A stretch of DNA of 61,936 nucleotides from a virus (Duplodnaviria > Caudoviricetes): the IMG/VR virus record IMGVR_UViG_3300031974_003128, positions 1 through 61,936 of that record. One strand, written 5' to 3'. Every line of letters starts with the position of its first letter. Positions within the stretch are counted from its first letter, which is position 1. A program made the position numbers and the translations under genes. The notes beneath the pieces are model-generated. The model was not told the origin of the DNA. It ran no database searches and was given only the letters and a program-made list of their open reading frames with translations. Of this stretch, positions 20,731-29,300 are shown piece by piece.

Positions 20731-21552
20731 ATGAACAATTTCAACTTTCTAATTACTGCTCACTCTGATAATCCTACCAGATTAAATTTACTTTTACAAT
20801 GTATTGAATCAATAAAAAGATTTGGATATAAAGCCATAGTCGTTGATCATTTTTTTAACTACGAAGCATTTAAAGAAGCTGATGGTTTTGTATGGGTAGA
20901 AGATAATGCTATAGTAAAGCCTCAAGAGTGGAGTAAATATGATTTGTATCATGTGTGTCAAACCAATTATGAAAAGGTAGATACATTTACACCTTACGAT
21001 AGCTTTGCTCCATTTGCAATCATAGATCAATTCAACAAAGGTTATAGACTAGTTGAAGGTGATGGTGTATTTAGTATACATTATGATTGGCAACTTAAAA
21101 AAGATGTAAAAGAACTAGTAGAAAAATATCCTAACAGAGAAGGTATATTCTTTAAATATCCTCCAGATAATATGTCTTTATTTAGCAGTTGTTTTTATTT
21201 AAAGAAGTCACTTTGGAAAAAGTTTGAAAGAATACAATCTTTAGATCAGTATATGCATGAAATTAAAAAATATATGGAGTGGTTTTTTTATGATGAGTTC
21301 AAAGATGAAAATGTAGAAATATTAAAATCACACCCTAACGAATATTTTATTAATGATTTATATTATAGATCATCTTATTTAAATTTTAAATGCAATCTAT
21401 ATGGTTTAGATGATGAGGTTATATTTAATTTTAATAATTCATTTGAAACATTAGACAAAAAATTAGATTACTATTTTGTAAAAGAAGACAAGCCTCTTAA
21501 TATTCATTTACATAAAGACCATTTTAAATTTCATACATTTAGAAAAAAATGA
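20731..21552 (+). CDS. putative glycosyltransferase (GT-A-like)
   Basis: N-terminal LITAH..LLQCIESIK..AIVVDH resembles a GT-A start; IHYD candidate metal motif; cassette context. Confidence 0.5.
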   Translation: MNNFNFLITAHSDNPTRLNLLLQCIESIKRFGYKAIVVDHFFNYEAFKEADGFVWVEDNAIVKPQEWSKYDLYHVCQTNYEKVDTFTPYDSFAPFAIIDQFNKGYRLVEGDGVFSIHYDWQLKKDVKELVEKYPNREGIFFKYPPDNMSLFSSCFYLKKSLWKKFERIQSLDQYMHEIKKYMEWFFYDEFKDENVEILKSHPNEYFINDLYYRSSYLNFKCNLYGLDDEVIFNFNNSFETLDKKLDYYFVKEDKPLNIHLHKDHFKFHTFRKK

Positions 21553-22382
21553 TACGATTTATTCCCAGTGCAATAGTAGATGATAGATACAGATGGATGG
21601 CTAACTTCTGGGCGTATTGTCAAAAAAAAGCTTATGGTTTACAATCATATAATAATAGTCTTGTAACTGTAGTAAAACAAAACAATACATTTAGTCCTGT
21701 ATATAATAATGTTGATTGGGATTTAAAAGGATTACCTTATTATATGTCACCTCCAATATGGGATTATGTAACTTGTCGAAACGAAAACTGTGTAGTTATA
21801 AATGTATTCTCTTCTATAAAACCACTGCTTGATTTATATGATGATGAGGACACAATAGTCTTGTGTGATATGGATATTGTTTCACTAAAAAAATATAATC
21901 ATATAATGCCAGGTGATAGTAATGTTATATGCTATGATGGCTATGAAGAATGGCATATGTTTATAGCAGATGAGTCAAAGAAAAACTATAATAAAATTAA
22001 AAAGTATTTAACTCATGAATCTGGTAAGTTTATGAACGGTGGTTTTGTTCCTATACTTGTAAAGAATAAAACTTTAAAACTTATCATTGATGATGTTATA
22101 TCTATAGCAGAACAAATTATAGAATCAGACTCAGAAGTAAACTGGAAATGGTGGGCTTGTATGACTGCATTTTCTATTGCTTGTCATAATAATAGAATTA
22201 AAATGATAGGGCAGAATAATACTTATATACCTAGTTTTAATCAGTTTGATGAACACGATCATTACTTCGCTCACTATAGTGTTGATTCTCAGTTTAATAA
22301 AGCTACATTTCCTAATCATAATATAGCAGAATATCCAAATAATTCTTTTTATGCTTTAGTTAAGGAATGGATGGCAAATTAA
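21549..22382 (+). CDS. glycosyltransferase resembling hydroxyproline O-arabinosyltransferase / peptidyl-serine galactosyltransferase (GT95/GT96-like)
   Basis: DxD motif (LCDMD) plus colinear blocks resembling recalled HPAT motifs (see findings). Confidence 0.6.
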   Translation: MIRFIPSAIVDDRYRWMANFWAYCQKKAYGLQSYNNSLVTVVKQNNTFSPVYNNVDWDLKGLPYYMSPPIWDYVTCRNENCVVINVFSSIKPLLDLYDDEDTIVLCDMDIVSLKKYNHIMPGDSNVICYDGYEEWHMFIADESKKNYNKIKKYLTHESGKFMNGGFVPILVKNKTLKLIIDDVISIAEQIIESDSEVNWKWWACMTAFSIACHNNRIKMIGQNNTYIPSFNQFDEHDHYFAHYSVDSQFNKATFPNHNIAEYPNNSFYALVKEWMAN

Positions 22383-22403
22383 AACACTTAACTTTTTAAT
22401 TTG

Positions 22404-22411
22404 TAAATTTG
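22404..22411 (+). promoter_or_regulatory. TAnnTTTG promoter element (TAAATTTG)
   Basis: Intergenic, 18 nt upstream of ATG 22430. Confidence 0.65.
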
Positions 22412-22429
22412 TACAATATTAATTGATTT

Positions 22430-23635
22430 ATGGATTGTTTAACCTATGTAATAGTTTGTCCAGTAGGAGCAGATGGTGGTGAGTGTTCTTGGAATATACT
22501 TTGTTGTGATGGTGTTAAAAGATCAGTAACAATTCCAGAGGAAGATGAGCGAGAAGTATGTTTAGGTTACCCCTACAATATAGGTAAAACTTCTATATCA
22601 GGTTCTTCATATAGAAAAGAACCGGCAGAATCTTGTAATACTACTTGTGGTTATGCCGATCCTAGCCCACTACCTCCACCTAGTCCACCAACTCCGGTTG
22701 CACCGACACCAAGTCCTGCACCGAGTCCAACTCCAACTCCAACTCCAACTCCAACTCCTATACCTACTCCAACTCCTATACCTACTCCAACTCCAGTTCC
22801 TGCGAGTATAGTTCCACCTATACCTTCGCCAGTAACTACAGAGTATACATTAACTTATTCTCAAGCAGCTCAAGGTTGGCCATCTTTTTATTCTTTCATA
22901 CCTGAGATTATGATTGGTATGAATCAATACTTTTATTCATTTAGTGGTGGTAATTTATATCAACATAATAGTGATCTATCAAGAAATAATTTTTATGGAA
23001 CTCAATACAACTCATATATAACTACAGTGTTTAATGAGAGACCTCTTGAAAACAAACTATTTAAAACAATTAATTTAGAATCAGATCAAGCTTGGGATGT
23101 TACAATGGAAACAGATATACAAACTAATGGGTATATAGATTCAGAATGGTTTGAGAAAAAAGAAAACGCATTCTTTGCATTTATTAGACAAAGAGGAGAG
23201 ATACCTGCATTAACAGGTGAGTATGCCATGAGATCAGTAAATGGTATAGGTAAAGCATTATCTTGGAGTTTAGTCACCACTACCTTGACAGTAAACTTTT
23301 CAATCACGCCTCTAGTTAGTATAGGTAGTGAGGTGTCAGTAGGAGACTATTTATATTTCTCTGTTCCTTCATATACCACAGTAGAATTAGCAGGTCAGAT
23401 TACAAACATTGAAGTAAATCTTCCAGCAGGTATAAACAGAATTACAGTTGACGCATCCGTATCAGGAGCACAGCCTATTACAGTAGCAGATCCTTATATC
23501 TTATTTATTAAAAGTGCTGAAGCAGAATCTAATGGTTTACTTGGTCACTATGGTATATTTACCCTTACAAACAAAAGCACGCAATCAACTGAATTATTTG
23601 CCGTTGAATCGGAAATCATGAAAAGCTATCCGTAA
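22430..23635 (+). CDS. tail stabilisation protein C-terminal part, preceded by a Cys-rich module and Pro-rich tract
   Basis: TLTYS..GWPSFYSFIPE.MIGMN..FYSF.GG.LYQHN...RNNFYG...KLFKTINLE, recalled as the C-terminal region of single-chain stabilisation proteins; PSPLPPPSPP(TP)n at about 22661-22832. Confidence 0.7.
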   Translation: MDCLTYVIVCPVGADGGECSWNILCCDGVKRSVTIPEEDEREVCLGYPYNIGKTSISGSSYRKEPAESCNTTCGYADPSPLPPPSPPTPVAPTPSPAPSPTPTPTPTPTPIPTPTPIPTPTPVPASIVPPIPSPVTTEYTLTYSQAAQGWPSFYSFIPEIMIGMNQYFYSFSGGNLYQHNSDLSRNNFYGTQYNSYITTVFNERPLENKLFKTINLESDQAWDVTMETDIQTNGYIDSEWFEKKENAFFAFIRQRGEIPALTGEYAMRSVNGIGKALSWSLVTTTLTVNFSITPLVSIGSEVSVGDYLYFSVPSYTTVELAGQITNIEVNLPAGINRITVDASVSGAQPITVADPYILFIKSAEAESNGLLGHYGIFTLTNKSTQSTELFAVESEIMKSYP

Positions 23636-23655
23636 AATTAGTATCTTTGCATAGA

Positions 23656-24054
23656 ATGGAATTTAATATACGAAAATTAAATCCATCTGATTATGAAGAG
23701 GTATTGGTAGGTTGGTGGAAAGATTGGGGTTGGAAAGCTCCAGCTAAAGATTTTCTACCAGAAAACGGAGAAGGTGGATTAATGGTTTTAGATGATATTA
23801 AACCAGTTTGCGCTGGTTTTTTGTACATTTCAAACTCTAAAGTTGCTTGGGTTGAGTGGATAATATCAGATAAGAACTATAAAAACAAAGATAAAGCTTT
23901 GAATTTATTATTGGATACATTAATATTAACAAGCAAAAATTTAAATATGAAATATATATTTGCTACAAATGACAATAAAAGTTTAATTAAAAGATTTGTA
24001 GGCAAAGGTTTTCAAAAAGGTAGTATAACAACTGAATTAATTAAAGTATTATAA
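23656..24054 (+). CDS. GNAT-like protein between tail and ejection genes
   Basis: Promoter TATCTTTG at 23642-23649 favours ATG 23656; acetyltransferase-like pattern (VCAGFLY, WVEWIISD, KGF). Confidence 0.55.
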   Translation: MEFNIRKLNPSDYEEVLVGWWKDWGWKAPAKDFLPENGEGGLMVLDDIKPVCAGFLYISNSKVAWVEWIISDKNYKNKDKALNLLLDTLILTSKNLNMKYIFATNDNKSLIKRFVGKGFQKGSITTELIKVL

Positions 24055-24055
24055 T

Positions 24056-24808
24056 ATGGGACTAGGAACAGCAGAAACCGCAAATGCACCACAAAGTGGA
24101 GGAATTTATACACCATCAATAACAGCTCCTTCTAAAGCAGCAGTAGGTCAAACTTTGCAGAATCAACTAATGAATAGATCTTCGGCTCCTACAACAACAC
24201 CCTCATCTACAGGTAATTTTTTACAAGGATTAGGCAACGCATTTGCTGCTGTTTCAGGGCCTTTAGGTTTAGCAATGGGTGTGGCGGGTAGTATAATGAG
24301 TTTTGCAGACGCAAAAAAACAACGAGAGTTACAAGTTGAAGCTCAACTTGAAGCAGATAAAGCATTTGAGGAAGCTGGTCGTATACTACAAGAACAATAT
24401 ATGTCTGGTGTAAGCATACCTCTTGGAGCTTATGAGCTTGAAAGAGAAGGGATTGCACAGGCAGGAGCTCAAGCAATACAAGCTTTAACTGAAGGTGAAG
24501 CTAGAGGAGCTGCAGGTGGAGTAGGTAGAGTAGTAGCTTTACAACAAGAAGCTCTTGCAAAACAAAGAGCTGATCTTGAGGAAAGACAGTTTCAACTAGA
24601 AAAAGCTCAGGCAGAAGAATTAATGGCTCTACAACAAGGAAGACTTGGGTTAAAAATGGGAGAAGTTGCAGGTCAACAAGAATATTTAGCAGATCTAAGA
24701 GCACAAGAAGCTGCATCTAGATTAGCTGGCGTGCAAGGTGTAGCACAAACATCTGCAGATTTATTTAAAGCTTTTACACCTTTGTTTAAGAAAGACAAAG
24801 AAGATTAA
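24056..24808 (+). CDS. internal virion/ejection protein (small)
   Basis: Gly/Ala hydrophobic segment followed by A/Q-rich coiled coil; position. Confidence 0.6.
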   Translation: MGLGTAETANAPQSGGIYTPSITAPSKAAVGQTLQNQLMNRSSAPTTTPSSTGNFLQGLGNAFAAVSGPLGLAMGVAGSIMSFADAKKQRELQVEAQLEADKAFEEAGRILQEQYMSGVSIPLGAYELEREGIAQAGAQAIQALTEGEARGAAGGVGRVVALQQEALAKQRADLEERQFQLEKAQAEELMALQQGRLGLKMGEVAGQQEYLADLRAQEAASRLAGVQGVAQTSADLFKAFTPLFKKDKED

Positions 24809-24814
24809 AATATT

Positions 24815-26317
24815 ATGGCTACAAAGTTTGGTTATGTAAGAGATAAACAGCCCTTAAGTATTAACTGGGCAGAAATATCTAAAAGTTTTAATGACAGGTT
24901 AGCTGCTGATGAAGCAGAGAGACAAAGCAAAAGAGAGGATATACAGAAGCAATATGATGATTTATCTAAAGAATTAATTAATAGGCCTGTCGGATATAAT
25001 ACAGATTTAAATGATGTTATTGCGTCATACTCCACGCAAGCTTCTCAATCAGCCCTAACAAATCTTAACAAATTAAAAAGTGGTGAAATTACTGAACAAG
25101 AATACTACAATCGTAGAGCTAATTTAAAAAGCAGTACAGAAAATTTCTTTTTATATGCAAATAATTTTAATCAAAAGTTAAATGAAAATATGAAGCTAAT
25201 TCAATCACAAGACCCTAACAATAAAGGCTCTGATAGAATGGCTTTTCAATTAGCTTTGGCTCAGGATATGCTTAACTTTAAAAACACAAAAGCTATAATA
25301 GATCCTGCAACTGATGAGCTTATACTTGTTAAAACAGATGCAGAAGGAAATCCTACAAATGAAATTATTGATGTAACACAATTAGGATATTTATCTTCAT
25401 TACAAGAAAAATCTTATAACTACAAGCAAAAAGTTAATCAAATAATTGAAGGAAAAGGCACTAAGAAATATAGAGATTCTACAGGAAAAGAAGTAATAAC
25501 AATATTAGGTGCTGAAATTAATAGCGAACAAGCAGCTAAAACCATTGATTCAATTGCTGAAAGTTTACTAGGAGGTGAACCAGAGATATTAAGTATTTTA
25601 TCTCAGAACGGATATAAGTATACTCAAGATGAAAGTTTAAAAGGCAAAGATGGTTTTATATATTATGATATAAAAAATAATACCTATGACTATGACAAAT
25701 CTAAAGCTAAAGATATTTTAGTTGAGGATATAAAATCTGCTATACCTGAGACAATTTTAGAACCAAAAGCTAAAACTGAAAACGAACTTGAGATAGAAAG
25801 ATTACAAATAGAAAACTTACAAAATCAAGTAGAACTTGGTAAAGTAAAAGTAAATGAAGCAAGAGCTAGAGATATTGATACATCAAACCTTCAACCTCAA
25901 TTAAATGCAGATATACAAAAAACCATTGGCCCTGCTGTAGTAGATTTATATAAAAATAATTTTACAGGTTTGAGAGAAAGTAAAAAATATAAAAATGCTA
26001 TTGACGCAACTCTTGAATTATTAAATAGATATGGAGCAGGATTTGCAACTACCATTGAAAGAGATGGTGATGTAATTAGATTTACAACACCAGCTTACGA
26101 TGCTTCAGGAAAAGAATTAAAAACACCTCAAGAGGAAATTTATTCTATAGAAAATATAAAAAGCGGTGAAACTTTAAATGCTTTATTAGAAGCGTTTATT
26201 ATAAATTATACTGCCCCACAATTTATAAACAATGCTTACCAAACAGGTAAGTTTAAACAACCTTTATCTGAAGAAACTGTTGTTTCAGAAGAAACAGAAA
26301 CTCTTGAATTAGACTAG
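24815..26317 (+). CDS. internal virion/ejection protein (medium)
   Basis: 500-aa helical protein; position in podovirus core gene triad. Confidence 0.55.
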   Translation: MATKFGYVRDKQPLSINWAEISKSFNDRLAADEAERQSKREDIQKQYDDLSKELINRPVGYNTDLNDVIASYSTQASQSALTNLNKLKSGEITEQEYYNRRANLKSSTENFFLYANNFNQKLNENMKLIQSQDPNNKGSDRMAFQLALAQDMLNFKNTKAIIDPATDELILVKTDAEGNPTNEIIDVTQLGYLSSLQEKSYNYKQKVNQIIEGKGTKKYRDSTGKEVITILGAEINSEQAAKTIDSIAESLLGGEPEILSILSQNGYKYTQDESLKGKDGFIYYDIKNNTYDYDKSKAKDILVEDIKSAIPETILEPKAKTENELEIERLQIENLQNQVELGKVKVNEARARDIDTSNLQPQLNADIQKTIGPAVVDLYKNNFTGLRESKKYKNAIDATLELLNRYGAGFATTIERDGDVIRFTTPAYDASGKELKTPQEEIYSIENIKSGETLNALLEAFIINYTAPQFINNAYQTGKFKQPLSEETVVSEETETLELD

Positions 26318-26318
26318 T

Positions 26319-29300
26319 ATGGATGAAATCAAAAAACTTTATGACGTTTTAATTAGAGATGGATACTATTCAAAATCATTTGATGATTTTCAATTACAAT
26401 TTTCAAATCCAGAATATGTTGATAAAGTATATAATGTTGTAACAAGAGATGGGTTATACTCAAAGGATAAAAATAGTTTTGTTGAAAAATATTCTTTAAA
26501 AAAAAAAGATTTATCAGAAATTCCTACGGTATCAGGATTGGAAACTGGCACATTGGATTTACCAGAACCTGAAGTTTATCAAGAACCCCTTGGTTTTTTT
26601 GAAGGAAACTTTGGTAAAGGAATGTTTTTTGATTTATTAGATGATACAATTCTAGATATTAGAAGAGGTTTTGCTCAAGGCGCAAGTCTTAAACAAGCTC
26701 TTAAATTACAAAGAAAAGGCTCTAAGGCTACTCCTGAAGATATAGACAGATATGTTGATGTTGTAAATAAAATGCAGTCTATACCTATTACAGATGAAAT
26801 GCGAAATTTTCAAAAAATTTATGAAGAAAATGACAGGTCATGGCTGGGATTTGTAAAAGGCGCATTAAATAATCCATCTGTTTTAACTGGAGTTGTTGCT
26901 CAATCTGTAGCAAGTATGTTAAATCCCCAAGTTGCTTTTGGAGCTATAAAAGGAGGTGTAGGAGGTGGGATTGTAGGAGGAGCTGGTGGATTATCAGTAG
27001 GCGGCCCGTTAGTAGGTTTAGCAGGTTTAACAAAAGGTGCGCAGTATGGAGCTATTGCAGGTCTCACTAACACATTAGAAGCAGGGCTTGCTTTTACAGA
27101 ATTTTTACAAGAGGAAATAGAAAAAAACCCTGATTTAAAATTTGATGACGAAGGTATTGCTGCGGTATTAAATGATGATGAAGCTTTTAAAAGAATTAAA
27201 TCAAGAACAAAAGCAAGAGGGTATTCAATTGCAACAGTAAATGCTATAACTTATGGTGTTGCTAACCAGTTAGCAAGAGCTGGTAGAAATATAAAAAGAT
27301 TAAAATATTTACCATCACCACAAACTGCATTAAGAAAAGGTACTGAATTTGTTGGAGGAGGTTTAGGTGAAGTTGCGGGTAGAGCTGCAGCAGGTCAAGA
27401 AATGGATGTAGCTGAAGTGGGTTTCGAAGCTTTTGGTGAAGTATTAGCTCCTGAAAGTGTTATACCTACATTTCAAAATGCTGTTTATAGTATAGATGGC
27501 GAAAGGGTAAATAAAGTAGATGTTATGGATATGCTTGAAGGGGATCCTGAAGCTTTATTAAAAACTGAGATTACTATTAAGAATGACGAAAGTTTTGATG
27601 CAGAAGTACAAGCTGCAGTAAAAAAAGCTATAACAGTAAGAAATGTTAAAAATGGATTAACTCCTGAGCAAAGAGAAAATATAACTGATGAGCAGTTAAA
27701 TAATTTAGTTGATTTACAATTAGAATTAGATAATGAAAAAAGTAGCGAATCTCAGGTGGGAGAAGATAATGCTATAGAAACAAAACAAAAAATAAAACAA
27801 ATTACAGATGCCATTCAAAAGCCAAGCCCAGAGAAGGTGGATGTACAAAAACCTGCCCCAGATAGCGAAGCAGTGGGAGAGAGAGACATCCAACAACAGC
27901 CAGTTACCGGAAAGGTTACACCCGAGCCAGTCGAACCAGAAGCAAAACCAGCCGAAGAAGTCACGCCTGAGGTTGAGACTAAGGAGAGCCAGGTAGAACC
28001 CGCTCTTACCCAGGAAAATTTATTAGAAAATGAAACACTAGAGGAGGGGGAACACTCAGAAAACAAAGGCAGAGTGTTTACTAAAATTGCACAGGTGACA
28101 GAAAAGGATGGGGTTACTACTACTAAGTTTTTCTTTAATAAAAGTGATAAAGATAAATCCCAAAGAGCCAAAGGTAAAGTGTCAGAAAAAGCATTAGAAA
28201 AAAGAGGGTATCAGATTTCCAAAGAAGATAAAGAAACTTTTGAAGATGACTTTGCAGAAGGAGTAACGGTAAATTATGAGGTTACAGAAATAAGAGAATC
28301 AGAAAGTGGAGCAGCAGCAGATGTTACAGTAACCTATACTAGGCCAGATGGAACTCAGGATACGATAACTGGTAGTGTAACATTAGAACCTTTTGTAGAA
28401 ACTGAACAAGTAGAAGAAACATACACTCTTCCAGAAAATCCTATAGAAGCTAAAAAAGATTTTGAGATTATTGATAACAGAAATCAAAAAGCAGGTCTGG
28501 AAATAGATGAAGATGGTAATGGTAAATACTATGTAGAGAATATTAAAACAGGAAAAATAGTTGCTGTTAAAACAAAAAAAGAAGCACAGGAAACAATACA
28601 AAATCCTAAAAGTTTTGATTACGGAGAAGGTCAACCTGTGCTTGAAGAGTTTAGAACTAAAGTTATAGAAGAAGTTGTAGAAGCTCCTATTGAAGCTGCG
28701 CCTACTGATAAAGTAAGAAAGATTGGAAACTTTGAAGTTATAATTACTGAGGATAATAAAATAAAAAGTATTAAAAAAGATGGGAAAGAAGTTTCTGCTC
28801 AAGGTAGAAGAAATGCTGAGAAACTTATTATGCAATCTGGTGAAATTGATGTAACTAAAGGAGAAGATGCTCAGCTTGATAAAGGAATGTCAGAACTTGA
28901 AGTATCTGAAAAAATTGCTAGAGAAAGTAACAACCCCTCACAAATTGCTAAAGAAATACAGTTTATAAAAGAGAAAAAGAAAAATCAAAAACAAGAGTTA
29001 AAAAATTCTAAAGAATCTGGTTTACCTTCTATGTTTACTAAAAATAAAAAATTTACTCCTGAATCAATTGAAGAAAGATTAGGAACTAAAATATCTGAAT
29101 TAGGAAAAGGTTTTAAAGAAACATGGGTTAGTGAGACTGGTGATAATATTAGGGAAGGTTATCTTGAGGAAGTTTCTGATGATTTAAAAATTGATCACAG
29201 TGAAGCAGATGTTACTGATTTTATTAAATTGTATCCTAATGTTACTAAATATAATCAAGAATTTTTAAGTAAATTAACACAGCTGCAAAAAGATCTTGAG

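Noticed and set aside
18428-22382. Cassette as a DNA hypermodification (TET/JBP plus GT) system
   Set aside because: The oxygenase has peptidyl-P4H signatures, and the cassette lies in the tail operon beside Pro-rich proteins rather than with replication genes; not formally excluded
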